From: Nitrospiria bacterium
GTDB taxonomy: Bacteria > Nitrospirota > UBA9217
NCBI GenBank assembly: GCA_919901555.1
Contig: CAKKPG010000055.1
Span: 278-64,277, forward strand
Length of the DNA: 64,000 nucleotides
Direction: 5' to 3'
How positions within the stretch are numbered: the stretch's first letter is position 1; each line of letters starts with the position of its first letter. Below the pieces are notes generated by a model. That model did no database searches, had not been told where the DNA came from, and saw nothing but the letters and a program-made list of their open reading frames with translations. Of this stretch, positions 43,951 through 54,322 are shown piece by piece. The translations under genes were made by a program, and so were the position numbers.

Positions 43951-45108
43951 TCAAAGCCGGCCCGTATAATTTTTTTCGATCCACGTCTTATATTCGCCGG
44001 TTCTCACACTGCTCACCCAGTTCGCATTTTTGATATACCACGATATCGTATCCTTCAGGCCGTCTGCAAAGGCGTATTTTGGCTTCCAGCCGAGATCTTT
44101 TTTGATCTTTTCGCAGTTGATTGCGTACCGTCTGTCGTGGCCGGGACGGTCGGGTACGAAGGTGATCAAATCCTTGTACCGGTGAACAGGCGGTGTTCGC
44201 TTCCGGATGGGGATATTTTCCCTGAGAGGATAGAGTTCCTCCAGGAGCTCACAGATGGTATTCACGACGTCCCTGTTGCGCTTTTCGCACTCGCCGCCGA
44301 TATTATAGGTCTCACCCGCGGCGCCTTTTTCCAATATGAGCCAGAGCGCTTCACAGTGATCATCCACATACAGCCAATCGCGCACGTTTTTGCCGTCTCC
44401 GTAGAGCGGCAGATCTTTGCCCTCAACGGCGTTCACGATCATGAGAGGGACCAGTTTCTCCGGGAACTGGTATGGTCCGTAATTATTGGAACAGTTGGAA
44501 ATTGTGACCGGCAGCCCATAGGTATGAAAATATGCTCTCACGAGATGGTCTGACGCCGCCTTGGAGGCCGAATAGGGACTTCGCGGATCATAAGGAGTCG
44601 TTTCGAAGAAGAAACCATTATCGCCGAGCGAACCGTAGACCTCATCGGTGCTGATATGGTGAAACCGGACGTCCTTCCTCGTTCCCCAGGACCGGCGGGC
44701 GGCTTCGAGCAGGCTGAAGGTGCCGTTGATGTTCGTCTCTACAAAATCTTTTGGTCCGAAAATGGAACGGTCAACGTGGCTTTCGGCGGCAAAGTGGACC
44801 ACTGCGTTGATCCGGTATTTGCCGAATGCCGCGGTGACCTTATCGAAATCGCGTATGTCGCCCCGCTCGAAAAAATAGCTCTTTCCGCCGAATGTCCCGG
44901 CAATATCCGCCAGGCTCATGAGATTGCCGGCGTAGGTCAGCGTGTCGTAATTGACGACCGTGCCGGTAAAATCCGTTCTTCCCAGGACATGACGGATGAA
45001 ATTGGAACCGATAAATCCCGCGCCGCCGGTCACCAGGATGTTCGCTGATGACGGGGTCAAGGCCTCGGGAGCATCGCCCTTATCTGTTCGATCGTGGTTT
45101 TTACTCAT
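43951..45108 (-). CDS. rfbB: dTDP-glucose 4,6-dehydratase
   Basis: [21 protein letters not shown] and [15 protein letters not shown] overlap with the rfbD stop. Confidence 0.9.
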   Translation of the reverse strand: MSKNHDRTDKGDAPEALTPSSANILVTGGAGFIGSNFIRHVLGRTDFTGTVVNYDTLTYAGNLMSLADIAGTFGGKSYFFERGDIRDFDKVTAAFGKYRINAVVHFAAESHVDRSIFGPKDFVETNINGTFSLLEAARRSWGTRKDVRFHHISTDEVYGSLGDNGFFFETTPYDPRSPYSASKAASDHLVRAYFHTYGLPVTISNCSNNYGPYQFPEKLVPLMIVNAVEGKDLPLYGDGKNVRDWLYVDDHCEALWLILEKGAAGETYNIGGECEKRNRDVVNTICELLEELYPLRENIPIRKRTPPVHRYKDLITFVPDRPGHDRRYAINCEKIKKDLGWKPKYAFADGLKDTISWYIKNANWVSSVRTGEYKTWIEKNYTGRL

Positions 45109-45959
45109 GATGCAAAATGTTCTTCCCGCATAAATGCTTCGACCGCCGCTTCCCACGCCGGAATAGCGACGTTCAGCGCGCCGGACAGCTTGGCGTTGTT
45201 CATGGCGGAGAACTTCGGCCGTTTGGCCGGAAGATTAAAACTGTCCATGGACACGGGCCTGATGAACTTGTGTATGCCGAGACGGCCGGCAATGAATCTC
45301 GCCCACTCGTACCGGGAACAGAAGCCGCTGTTCGTTAAATGGTACAGTCCCTGGAGGCCCTGATCAAGGGACCTCAGCGTGACGTCCACGACGGTATCAA
45401 CACAGGTCGGCACCGAGAACTCATCGCAGGCGATCTTCAGGTATTCGCTGTCCCTCGCCCATTCCTTGAGCTTATGGATAAAATTTTGCTTCCCTGCGCC
45501 GTAGACCCAGCTCAGCCTGAAGATAAGGAAATTCCCGCACGCCTCCCGGACAAGGTCTTCTCCGGAGCGTTTGCTCTTCCCGTATTCATTGAGCGGGTTT
45601 ACCTGGTCATCTTCTTCGTACAGGCCGTTCTCTTTCGTCCCGTCGAAAACATAATCGGACCCGAAATGGACGAGAATCGCCTTCTGCCGGGCGGCCGCCT
45701 GCGCCAGATGCTTCGGCCCCGATGCGTTTACCGCAAACGCCCTTCCCTGCTCCTGCTCGGCCCTGTCGACGAGATTGTACGCCGCACAATTCACAATGAC
45801 ATCCGGTGTATAAGCGGCAACGGCGTCGGCAACGGCGGCGGCATTGGTAATGTCGAGCCGAGATTCATCGGGTGCGCTGAAGTCGATTGACTGTTTCTCG
45901 AACTTCTTGATGAACGCCCGGGCCAGTTGCCCGTTTTTGCCGGTGATAAGATATCTCAT
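45105..45959 (-). CDS. rfbD: dTDP-4-dehydrorhamnose reductase
   Basis: [12 protein letters not shown] and YGKSKR..E, in operon context. Confidence 0.85.
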   Translation of the reverse strand: MRYLITGKNGQLARAFIKKFEKQSIDFSAPDESRLDITNAAAVADAVAAYTPDVIVNCAAYNLVDRAEQEQGRAFAVNASGPKHLAQAAARQKAILVHFGSDYVFDGTKENGLYEEDDQVNPLNEYGKSKRSGEDLVREACGNFLIFRLSWVYGAGKQNFIHKLKEWARDSEYLKIACDEFSVPTCVDTVVDVTLRSLDQGLQGLYHLTNSGFCSRYEWARFIAGRLGIHKFIRPVSMDSFNLPAKRPKFSAMNNAKLSGALNVAIPAWEAAVEAFMREEHFAS

Positions 45960-46522
45960 GGGGAAGCGGTAAATACAAAATTATTATCAGCATCTTTCAA
46001 CAAAGGAAGCATTGCATCCTTGCCCGACAGCAGGGGGTCTTTGATCGGCCAGGCGATGTTGATTTCGGGGTCGCTCCAGATGACGCCCCGCTCGTCGGCC
46101 GGCGAATATTCCTCAGTGCACTTGTACAGCACCGCCGCCGTATCGCTGGTGACCTGAAAGCCATGGGCGAAGCCGGGCGGCACAAAGAGCATATGTCTGT
46201 TCTCTTCGGACAGCTCCAGGCCTACCCACTTCCGGTAATGGGGAGAGCCCCTGCGGATGTCCACGGCCACGTCGTAAACTCTGCCCTGTATGCAGGAGAC
46301 GAGCTTACCCTGCGCCTTCGGGTGCTTCTGATAGTGGAGTCCTCTCAGCACTCCCTTCGTTGACGTTGAATAGTTGTCCTGGACCAGATGCTCCCCTATG
46401 CCGGCGCGGACAAAGTCGGCATGTTTGTAAAGCTCGAGGAAAACCCCCCGGCCGTCATCGAACACCCGCGGCCTGACCAGCACGGGACCCGGTATCTCCA
46501 GTCGCTCGAACTCAAAGGGCAT
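45956..46522 (-). CDS. rfbC: dTDP-4-dehydrorhamnose 3,5-epimerase
   Basis: D.RG.F.E...........Q.N.S.S..GVLRGLH.Q and VP.GFAHGF. Confidence 0.9.
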   Translation of the reverse strand: MPFEFERLEIPGPVLVRPRVFDDGRGVFLELYKHADFVRAGIGEHLVQDNYSTSTKGVLRGLHYQKHPKAQGKLVSCIQGRVYDVAVDIRRGSPHYRKWVGLELSEENRHMLFVPPGFAHGFQVTSDTAAVLYKCTEEYSPADERGVIWSDPEINIAWPIKDPLLSGKDAMLPLLKDADNNFVFTASP

Positions 46523-47405
46523 CGGAGGCTCCCTGCTCGGCTATCCGGAGAAGATATTCCCCGTATCCGTTTTTCCGGAGACGTTCCGCCGCCCGCAGCA
46601 GCGCGCTTTTATCGATGTAACCCAGATTGTAAGCAATTTCTTCGATGCAGGCGATCTTGAGTCCCTGTCGTTTTTCAATGGTCGCGATGAACTCGCCGGC
46701 CTCGAGCAGGCTTTCATGGGTCCCGGTGTCGAGCCAGGCATAGCCTCTGCCCATGAGCTCGACACTGAGCTTTTTCTTCGCCAGGTAAACGTTGTTCACG
46801 TCGGTTATTTCGAGCTCTCCGCGCCCCGAAGGCTTTATGTTCTTTGCTATACCGACAACGTCATTGTCGTAAAAATACAGGCCCGTCACCGCATAGCGGG
46901 ACTTCGGGTGTTTTGGTTTTTCCTCAATGGACAGCACGTTTCCCGTGGTATCGAACTCCACGATGCCGTAACGTTCAGGATCTCCCACAGAGTATCCGAA
47001 TATCGTTGCACCGCCGGCTGATGCGACCTGGTTCACCGCTTTTTTGAGCAGCTCCGTGAGGCCGTGACCGAAGAAGATATTGTCTCCCAGGACCAGGCAG
47101 ACGGCGTCCCTGCCGATGAACTTCTCGCCGATGGTGAACGCCTCGGCGATGCCGTTGGGACGCGACTGCACGGCATAGGAAAATCTCAGTCCAAGTTCCG
47201 AGCCGTCGCCGAAGACGTCCCTGAACCGCGGCAGGTCGCCGGGGGTTGAAATAATGAGAATGTCACGGATCCCCGCAAGCATCAGCACGGAGAGCGGATA
47301 ATAGATCATGGGTTTGTCGTAGATCGGCAGCAGCTGTTTGCATACTCCCCGCGTAAGAGGGTAGAGTCGCGTTCCGCTGCCGCCCGCCAGGATGATGCCT
47401 TTCAT
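46512..47405 (-). CDS. rfbA: Glucose-1-phosphate thymidylyltransferase
   Basis: [18 protein letters not shown] with GAGGGAG SD and YGVVEFD-like IVEFD. Confidence 0.9.
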   Translation of the reverse strand: MKGIILAGGSGTRLYPLTRGVCKQLLPIYDKPMIYYPLSVLMLAGIRDILIISTPGDLPRFRDVFGDGSELGLRFSYAVQSRPNGIAEAFTIGEKFIGRDAVCLVLGDNIFFGHGLTELLKKAVNQVASAGGATIFGYSVGDPERYGIVEFDTTGNVLSIEEKPKHPKSRYAVTGLYFYDNDVVGIAKNIKPSGRGELEITDVNNVYLAKKKLSVELMGRGYAWLDTGTHESLLEAGEFIATIEKRQGLKIACIEEIAYNLGYIDKSALLRAAERLRKNGYGEYLLRIAEQGASDAL

Positions 47406-47474
47406 ACAACGCTCCCTCAATCAGTATTCCTCACGGTACGGTAAACAATACATCAGCGCCATGACAGCGCTCAC

Positions 47475-48470
47475 TCACATGTTCATGATCCTTTTCTTCA
47501 GTTCCTCCGGGTTCACCGTTGCCGTTCCCACCACCGCCACAACGATGCCGGCGGCGACATTCGAGAGCCGGGCCGCGTCCACCATGGGTGCGCCGGCGGC
47601 CATGGCAAGGGTGAGCGTGCTGATCACCGTATCGCCCGCGCCGGTAACGTCGAAGACCTCCCGCGCCACCGTCGGGATGTGGGTGATCCTGCCTCCCCGT
47701 TCAAAGAGGCTCATGCCCTGTTCACCCCGGGTGATAAGAACGGCCTTGCACTTGAGCCGCTTCAGCAGGGCAGTGCCGGCCTTGAGCAGGCTCTTTTCGC
47801 TTTCGATCTCAATCTTGGAGCCAAGGGACGCCTCCTTGGTGTTCGGTGTGAGGATGGTGACTCCGCTGTAAATGCCGAAGTGGTTCACCTTGGGGTCGAC
47901 GGACACGATAAGGTCGCGCTTGCTCGTCAGCTTGACGATGTCCCTGACCAGCTCCTTGGTGACCACTCCTTTGCTGTAATCAGAGAGGATGATGGCGTCA
48001 AGCCCGTCATCCACGTGCTGTTTGACGGCATCATAGATCCTTCTATGGGTGTCCCGGTCGATCCCGTCCTTCGTCTCCCGGTCGAAGCGCACGACCTGTT
48101 GGCTGTGTGCGATGACGCGCGTTTTGATCGTGGTTGGTCTGCCGCTTTCGACAATGAGTCCGTCAGCAGGGATGCCCTTGGCGCGGAGCATGTGGGAGAG
48201 CTGTCTCCCCGCGTCGTCATGGCCGATCACGCCGCACACGCGCACGCTTCCGCCGAGAGCATGGACGTTGTTCACCACGTTGGCGGCCGCTCCGAGGAGC
48301 ACGGTCTCTTTCGTGACGTGCACCACGGGCACCGGCGCTTCCGGCGAGATGCGCGAGACGTTTCCCCAGATGTAGTGGTCCAGCATCATGTCGCCGACCA
48401 CCAGGATGCGGGCCTTGGGGAAACGGTCGATGTACTGTAGGAGGCGTTTCGATCCGGTTTTCGCAATCAT
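47475..48470 (-). CDS. D-glycero-beta-D-manno-heptose-7-phosphate kinase (RfaE domain I only, PfkB fold)
   Basis: ILVVGDMMLDHYIWG...RISPEAPVPVV and DVTGAGDTV. No fused adenylyltransferase domain. Confidence 0.8.
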   Translation of the reverse strand: MIAKTGSKRLLQYIDRFPKARILVVGDMMLDHYIWGNVSRISPEAPVPVVHVTKETVLLGAAANVVNNVHALGGSVRVCGVIGHDDAGRQLSHMLRAKGIPADGLIVESGRPTTIKTRVIAHSQQVVRFDRETKDGIDRDTHRRIYDAVKQHVDDGLDAIILSDYSKGVVTKELVRDIVKLTSKRDLIVSVDPKVNHFGIYSGVTILTPNTKEASLGSKIEIESEKSLLKAGTALLKRLKCKAVLITRGEQGMSLFERGGRITHIPTVAREVFDVTGAGDTVISTLTLAMAAGAPMVDAARLSNVAAGIVVAVVGTATVNPEELKKRIMNM

Positions 48471-49261
48471 GGTGCTTCTTCTCCCTGCTTCAGTTCCGTG
48501 AGCGTGGCAATGACGGAGCCGATGGCGATCTTGCTCTTCATGAGAAGCGGCACCTTCCTGGCGTCATCGGTGAGCCAGATGAATATCTCGCCTTTATGCA
48601 TGAACACCCCTTCATACTTGGGGTATGTTCTTACCTTGATGGTATCGAATTCCCCGAGGGGGGTCTTGAGCTTTTCCCTGCCGAGGACCTGTATCTCCAC
48701 GGACCAGTTCTTTCCGCCGTCATGCACGTCGATCACGATCGGCGTTTCATTGCTGAAGTCCTGCCTCGTCCTCAGGTAGTAAAGGGACGACAGGGAATCC
48801 TGAACCCGCGGCGGTATCTCAAAGGTCTCTTCCTTGCCGTCCGTGACCAGTCTCACAATCCCCTTTGCGTGATCGAAGGTCATCTCGCGGTGTTTCTTTC
48901 TCTTTCCGTGCTTCTGATCCAGGCTGAACCAGAGGCTGCTCAGCCCCTCGGCTTCCATGATGCTCTGCACCGTGTCCCTGACCGAATACAAGGTCGAAAC
49001 AATGCCGACAGTCTTTGCGCTGGAGGTAATACGGTACGTTTTTCCCCCCTCGGTTGTCGTTTCCGCCCTCACTTCCATGACGGCGACGCCGGCCTGGAGG
49101 ATCTTGGACCAACTGATGCTGTAGGTCAGCTTCTCTCCCGAGTGGAAAGCGCGGTTTATCGTTTTTATATTATTCCCATGCTTTTCAGGCGGCTCGGCAA
49201 GCGCCGCATGAGAGAACAGCGCCCACGCGCCAATAAGAAGTGCCAGAGAACTTATTCGCAT
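48467..49261 (-). CDS. DUF3108-like secreted protein
   Basis: Signal peptide MRISSLALLIGAWALFSHAALA. GEKLTYSISW..I.AG beta-rich pattern. The start was chosen at the signal peptide. Confidence 0.6.
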   Translation of the reverse strand: MRISSLALLIGAWALFSHAALAEPPEKHGNNIKTINRAFHSGEKLTYSISWSKILQAGVAVMEVRAETTTEGGKTYRITSSAKTVGIVSTLYSVRDTVQSIMEAEGLSSLWFSLDQKHGKRKKHREMTFDHAKGIVRLVTDGKEETFEIPPRVQDSLSSLYYLRTRQDFSNETPIVIDVHDGGKNWSVEIQVLGREKLKTPLGEFDTIKVRTYPKYEGVFMHKGEIFIWLTDDARKVPLLMKSKIAIGSVIATLTELKQGEEAP

Positions 49262-50259
49262 GCGACCATGCTCCTGACCGCTTGAAATACTTCGTCCACC
49301 GTAATTGCCGCCATACATGCCCTGGTGCCGAGGGGGCAGTCCTTTGCTTCACAAGGGACGCAGGAAAGACCTTTTATCAGAACGCGCTGCCGGTGGCCCA
49401 CCGGGCCCGTGCGCCGGGGATCCGTGGAGCCGTAGAGCCCCACTACCGGGGTATGTACCGCCGTCGCCAGATGGAGCGGCCCTGTATCGGAACTGACGAG
49501 GCAGGCGCAGCGCGACAGGAGGGCAGCTGTGTCGGAAAGCGAGAGCATTCCGGCCGCAGAAATAGCCCTGTTCTTCATCGACGCTATGACGGCCGCTACA
49601 ATATCCCTGTCCTCTTTTCCTCCCACGAAGACCACTGCCGCGCCGAGTTCTTCAACCAGCCTGTCCCCGAGCGATGCGAAACGCTCGGTATGCCAGTTGC
49701 GCGCAGGTCTTGCAGCGCCCACACTGCAATTCAGCGCAATCAGCAGGCTGTCTCCTTCAACACCCTGTTGGGACAGAAAGCGGCCAACGACTTCTCTCGC
49801 TTCGGGCTTTACCGGCAACGATATCTCTTCCACGCGGTCATGGATGCCGATGGGCCTGAGCGTCACCATAAAATTTTCAGCAGCGTGCAGGCGTCGCTCA
49901 CCCCTTCGCACCTTCTTCTGCTTCCGGTAGACGAGCGTCCTCTTCGCGCCCATCAGCAGTCTGAGCACAAGGGACCGCAGGGAAGGCTGCATGTCAACAA
50001 CGAGGTCATAGTGTTGGCGTCTCAGGCCCAGCCCGAAATCCAGAAAATGCCGGAAACGTTTTTTAAGAAACGATTTGTCGAATACGAGCACGCTGTCTGC
50101 GAGATGTGTTCCCAGGATGAGCGGCTCCACTTCCGGAGTGACCACAACGGTGACCTGCGCTGCGGGAAACTTCTTCTTCAAAGCCGTGAGAGCAGGGAGC
50201 GCATGGAGAAAATCGCCGATTGCACCAGGCTTGAAAAACAGGATCTTTTTGAAGTCCAT
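49252..50259 (-). CDS. ADP-heptose:LPS heptosyltransferase (GT9)
   Basis: KILFFKPGAIGDFLHALPAL and ...SSDTGPLHLA...P.V.L.G. Confidence 0.8.
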   Translation of the reverse strand: MDFKKILFFKPGAIGDFLHALPALTALKKKFPAAQVTVVVTPEVEPLILGTHLADSVLVFDKSFLKKRFRHFLDFGLGLRRQHYDLVVDMQPSLRSLVLRLLMGAKRTLVYRKQKKVRRGERRLHAAENFMVTLRPIGIHDRVEEISLPVKPEAREVVGRFLSQQGVEGDSLLIALNCSVGAARPARNWHTERFASLGDRLVEELGAAVVFVGGKEDRDIVAAVIASMKNRAISAAGMLSLSDTAALLSRCACLVSSDTGPLHLATAVHTPVVGLYGSTDPRRTGPVGHRQRVLIKGLSCVPCEAKDCPLGTRACMAAITVDEVFQAVRSMVACE

Positions 50260-50523
50260 TTCGGCCTCATTATATGCAAAAACCCCGCATTTGTAAAGAT
50301 AATTTTCGGCGCAGATGCAGAAGGGCGAACGATTCTTGCTCTCGGGTATGACCTGCGTCATAGCGCACGTTGCGGATATCGTTTATAAAAAACTTGAAAT
50401 CGTCTGGAAATGGATGTATTATCCTGGCCGGATTGAAGGCTGTACGCTCAGCATTGGACCGGCCACGGCAAACTTCATCTCCGTAAACTTCATCGAAACC
50501 TCATTGATAAAGAAAGGAACGTA

Positions 50524-50712
50524 ATGATCATGGCTGCCCCGAAAGTTGACATGGACCTCTGCATCGGCTGCGGGCTCTGCGCCGAGCTCTGCCCCAAGGT
50601 TTTTGAACTTCGTGAGGACAAGGCGTGGGTCATCAATCCCAACGCCTGCGATACCTGCGATTGTCAGCAGGCAGTGGACAGCTGTCCCGTGATCGCGATC
50701 TCAATGGAATGA
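50524..50712 (+). CDS. Small single-cluster ferredoxin
   Basis: CIGCGLCAELCP ... C..C.C....SCP. 62 aa. Confidence 0.8.
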   Translation: MIMAAPKVDMDLCIGCGLCAELCPKVFELREDKAWVINPNACDTCDCQQAVDSCPVIAISME

Positions 50713-50949
50713 GATTCACCTTTCGGCGGTGACCGGGGACGACCTCGTCCCCTCCTGCCGACCTCATGCCTCATAACGGGGCGTCCTTTGCCGATCTCCC
50801 CGAGCAGGACATCCAGGACCTCGCAGATTATCTTTCAAGCTTGAAATAAATAACGGTTTTTCACCCGTTGCACTCGTCCCAGCGTTCGTCTCTCCTTCCT
50901 TCTTTGCCCCGCCAGACGGTTCGAGGACGTGCACACTTGTTGATTCTGC

Positions 50950-50980
50950 TTGACAAATCCACCTGTTTTTATTTAATGTA
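50950..50980 (+). promoter_or_regulatory. Possible sigma70-type promoter for tRNA-Leu
   Basis: TTGACA at 50950-50955 with an AT-rich TTTAAT/TAATGT -10 candidate 16-18 nt downstream. Confidence 0.4.
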
Positions 50981-51003
50981 CTACATATTTCGTATGAACA
51001 CAT

Positions 51004-51092
51004 GCCGCTGTGGCGGAATTGGCAGACGCAAGGGACTTAAAATCCCTCGGGGGGCGACTCCCGTACCGGTTCAATTCCGGTCAGCGGCACCA
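51004..51092 (+). tRNA. tRNA-Leu (anticodon UAA), class II long variable arm, CCA encoded
   Basis: Acceptor stem GCCGCTG/CAGCGGC. Anticodon arm AGGGA-CTTAAAA-TCCCT. T arm ACCGG-TTCAATT-CCGGT. 3' ACCA. Confidence 0.95.
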
Positions 51093-51119
51093 TATTTTTT
51101 TTATTTCAGGAGGAAGAGG

Positions 51120-51785
51120 ATGAAGAAAGCTGGTAGTCTGGGGATTTTGCGTATCAGTATCGTAATTGTTGCCTTTGCCGTTCTCGGCGGTTGCGGGGTG
51201 CCCTTTGCCCTTGTGGAAGAGAACTACAAGGTTAAACCAGGCACATTGGCGGTAGCGAGCGGAACAAATAACGAGGCCTGTAACAGGCTCGCAGAGCTGC
51301 TTACTCAGGAACTCAAACAGAGAAGTACGTTTCGCGTCATGAGTCAGGAGGAGATCGGCAGACGAGCACCCGGCTACCCCTATGCTCTCATGAAGGAATC
51401 CGCCCCGTCTTTGGACAACAAAAATCCGGCATGGGTCTCTCCTGGGAACAAAGGCCGAATAGATGCGCTGCAGGCGCAGCTTAAGACGGATTACCTGTTT
51501 GTCGTTTGGGGTGAAAACCTCGGCAGGATGGTAACGACAACCTACAACCAGCATGGCGGGGCAAACACACGGGTATCGTATCACATAGATGTCTACGGCA
51601 GATTAGTCGAATATCCGAAAAGCAAGGCCATCGGGTATTCGCAGTTCCACGGCAGCAAAGGACAGTCGTGCTGTTTTCTGTTCAGGTCGGAGGGCGAGGA
51701 CATCGACATTATGCTGAAAAATTCCGCTGAAAAAATAGCCGGTAAGTTTCTGGACATAACAAAAACGGAAAAACCCGGGAAATAG
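51120..51785 (+). CDS. Lipoprotein, paralog A
   Basis: AGGAGGAAGAGG SD. Lipobox LGGC. It starts after the tRNA, and the rest of ORF 50868..51785 is spurious. Confidence 0.75.
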   Translation: MKKAGSLGILRISIVIVAFAVLGGCGVPFALVEENYKVKPGTLAVASGTNNEACNRLAELLTQELKQRSTFRVMSQEEIGRRAPGYPYALMKESAPSLDNKNPAWVSPGNKGRIDALQAQLKTDYLFVVWGENLGRMVTTTYNQHGGANTRVSYHIDVYGRLVEYPKSKAIGYSQFHGSKGQSCCFLFRSEGEDIDIMLKNSAEKIAGKFLDITKTEKPGK

Positions 51786-51797
51786 AGGAGGATGGCC

Positions 51798-52409
51798 ATG
51801 TCTGCAACCGTACAACGTCCGTTCTTTGCCGTCCTGCTCCTTCTTTCGCTTACGGCATGCTCCTACAGCGCTTTTACGCTTACCGAGAGCGATTATAAAC
51901 CAAAAGGGAAAACGCTGGCGGTGATAGCGGGGCTGAATAATGAAGTAAATGTCGTTGCGGCAAAATATGTGTCGGACGCACTGGGCGCCGACAGCCGCTT
52001 TCAGGTTGTGTCTCAAAGCAAAGTCGACCAGTCCCTGCCGGCCTATCCGACGAACATCAAAGGCCCCTATAAATACGCTTATTTGAATATTGAGCCGGAC
52101 TACTCCAGGACTGATATGAAAAAAGTCAGGGATGTCCAGCAGCAGCTCGGTGTCGACTACCTCTATGTGATGTGGGCGCCTGTTTCGCATACGGTCGGCT
52201 ATCAGGGGGTTCAACTGTGGTTCATCGGGCAGCTTTTTGAATTCCCTGCCGGCAAAGAGGTCGGCAACGGCATATACGGCGCAGGGGCGAGCGGCTCTTG
52301 TTTGCCTCCTTCACTGCCCAGGGATAAAGAAATTGAGGACAACTTAAAGCAATCCATGGGGTATGTGGCAAAAAAGATCGCTGAAGAGTCGGGGATGCAG
52401 AAAAAATGA
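51798..52409 (+). CDS. Lipoprotein, paralog B
   Basis: GAGGAGG SD. Lipobox LTAC. Shares blocks YK.K..TLAV..G.NNE, F.V.SQ, YP and QLK/G.DYL.V.W with paralog A. Confidence 0.75.
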   Translation: MSATVQRPFFAVLLLLSLTACSYSAFTLTESDYKPKGKTLAVIAGLNNEVNVVAAKYVSDALGADSRFQVVSQSKVDQSLPAYPTNIKGPYKYAYLNIEPDYSRTDMKKVRDVQQQLGVDYLYVMWAPVSHTVGYQGVQLWFIGQLFEFPAGKEVGNGIYGAGASGSCLPPSLPRDKEIEDNLKQSMGYVAKKIAEESGMQKK

Positions 52410-52775
52410 AGGTGTGCTAGGCCTCTTTTGAGCGAACTCCGATTTGTGAGATTAAGAAGTGTACCTTGAAGCCTGCACTGCCCGCCCCTCATCTGGCGGG
52501 CAGTGTAATCTGCAGTTAAATTGGGTTGCCGTTATTTGCGCGGCGTGAAAATCATCCCCCATTAGTTTTGTAGTAACCTCGGCATGTGTTGGAATGAATC
52601 TCATCACCACAGCATCGACATAAGATGAACCACAGAAACGAAGACCGAGCTGTTGCGGCTCATCGTTTGAAATTTTTTCCTCTCCCCTTCCCTCGCGAGC
52701 TCGCGCAGAGAGTTGCATTTTGATGTTTGCAATCTCACTCCCAGGAAGCTGCATCCGCCGTTTTCGAACAAATCC

Positions 52776-52804
52776 TTGACAATAACCCACTAATATCCGA
52801 TAAT
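52776..52804 (+). promoter_or_regulatory. Sigma70-type promoter of accA
   Basis: TTGACA (52776-52781), a 17-nt spacer, then GATAAT (52799-52804). Confidence 0.6.
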
Positions 52805-52886
52805 ACTCTCCATTCAGAGGGCCTTGTCCCACAGGGCGCGTCTGCGCCGTGCAAGCCTTTTACCGTCAATCAATCAGGAGTACGAT

Positions 52887-53846
52887 TTGGCTCAAGAATA
52901 TCTGGATTTTGAAAAACCCATTGCCGAGCTCGAAAAAAAGATTGAAGAGCTCACGCTGTTCACGTCCAACGGCAATATCGACCTTGAAGAAGAAATCCTC
53001 AAGCTCCACAAGAAATCGGACCAGCTTCGCGCCGAGATATACTCAAGGCTCACGCCCTGGCAAAAAGCGCTGATCTCCCGCCATCCCAACCGCCCCTACA
53101 CGCTTGACCTTGCCGAGGCCATGCTCACGGATTTCATGGAGATGCACGGCGACCGTGCCTTTGCCGACGACCCCGCCATTGTCTGCGGCATGGCCAGGCT
53201 TGAAGGAACACCCGTCGTGGTCATCGGCCACCAGAAAGGCAGGACCACCAAGGAAAAGATCTACCGGAACTTCGGGATGCCGAACCCCGAGGGTTACCGC
53301 AAGGCCTTGCGCGCCATGCGGTTTGCCGAGAAGTTCAGGAAACCGCTCATTACCTTCATCGACACGCCCGGCGCCTATCCCGGCATCGGAGCGGAAGAGC
53401 GGGGGCAGGGAGAATCCATAGCCAGGAACCTTTATGTCATGTCCCTGCTCAAAACGCCGATCCTCTCGGTGGTCATTGGAGAAGGCGGGAGCGGCGGCGC
53501 GCTCGCCCTGGGCGTTGCCGACCGGGTCCTCATGCTTGAGCACTCGACGTACTCCGTGATATCGCCCGAGGGGTGCGCGGCGATCCTCTGGAACAACGGG
53601 TCAAAGGCAAATGAGGCCGCGGAACTGCTCAAAATAACGGCGCAGGACCTCTTTCAGATGAACGTGATCGATGAGGTTGTGGAGGAGCCTGTCGGAGGAG
53701 CGCATCGTGACCCCCGCAGGGCCGCGGACCTGCTGAAAGAAGCCATCGTCAGGAACCTGTCGGAAATACGGGAGATCCCGGCGGACGAACTGGTTGCGTT
53801 GAGATACGAAAAATTCAGAAAATTGGGGATATTTGATCAGTTATAA
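52887..53846 (+). CDS. accA: Acetyl-CoA carboxylase carboxyltransferase alpha subunit
   Basis: TTG start 6 nt after AGGAG gives [16 protein letters not shown], which aligns to E. coli MSLNFLDFEQPIAELE. The product is 319 aa. Confidence 0.85.
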   Translation: MAQEYLDFEKPIAELEKKIEELTLFTSNGNIDLEEEILKLHKKSDQLRAEIYSRLTPWQKALISRHPNRPYTLDLAEAMLTDFMEMHGDRAFADDPAIVCGMARLEGTPVVVIGHQKGRTTKEKIYRNFGMPNPEGYRKALRAMRFAEKFRKPLITFIDTPGAYPGIGAEERGQGESIARNLYVMSLLKTPILSVVIGEGGSGGALALGVADRVLMLEHSTYSVISPEGCAAILWNNGSKANEAAELLKITAQDLFQMNVIDEVVEEPVGGAHRDPRRAADLLKEAIVRNLSEIREIPADELVALRYEKFRKLGIFDQL

Positions 53847-53872
53847 GGGCCTATCCCAGATACAGGAAGGCG

Positions 53873-54268
53873 TTATTCGATGTCCTTTTTCAACAGCACA
53901 ATCGCTTCTTTCAGTTTGTTCATAGCGCTCTGCGTATCAGCAAGAGAAGACAGGAAGAGCAGCAAGCAGTAATCCTCCACCACGGGGGCCATGATCGCAT
54001 TCCCCTCGTCCTGCGTGAACAGCACCGCAGTCACGTCTCCGAGGCCAAGCCGCCGGGTGATGTCCCTGATCTGGTCAAGATGTAATTCTTTCCATGCGCC
54101 GAGTAATTTGATGTCCATGACGGTATCGCCCATATTGGAAATTGCCTCGCCGTCTCCGTCAAGAAAGATGGCAGCCTGAGCGCCTTTTACCGACGCGATG
54201 AGGTCCTTCAGAATAGTATCGATCAATACGTCCTCCACGGGAAAAAATCCGCCGGCGCCAAGACACAA
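53873..54268 (-). CDS. Roadblock/LC7 (MglB-like) domain protein
   Basis: L......GA.AA.FLDGDGEAI...........LGA.........I......LG...........EG.AI.AP...DY.L pattern. About 130 aa. Confidence 0.55.
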   Translation of the reverse strand: MCLGAGGFFPVEDVLIDTILKDLIASVKGAQAAIFLDGDGEAISNMGDTVMDIKLLGAWKELHLDQIRDITRRLGLGDVTAVLFTQDEGNAIMAPVVEDYCLLLFLSSLADTQSAMNKLKEAIVLLKKDIE

Positions 54269-54322
54269 AGCAATGCGGTTTTTTGCGACCTGCCTTCGTG
54301 GTTCAAGATCTTGTGCTTTCGT

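Noticed and set aside
50868-51119. N-terminal 84 codons of ORF 50868..51785
   Set aside because: This part reads straight through the tRNA-Leu gene (51004-51092). The real lipoprotein gene starts at ATG 51120 with a strong SD and a lipobox.
52452-52832. 126-aa minus-strand ORF in the lipoprotein-accA gap
   Set aside because: It has no SD, atypical composition and overlaps the accA promoter and 5' UTR. I treated the region as non-coding and flagged it as an orphan spacer instead.
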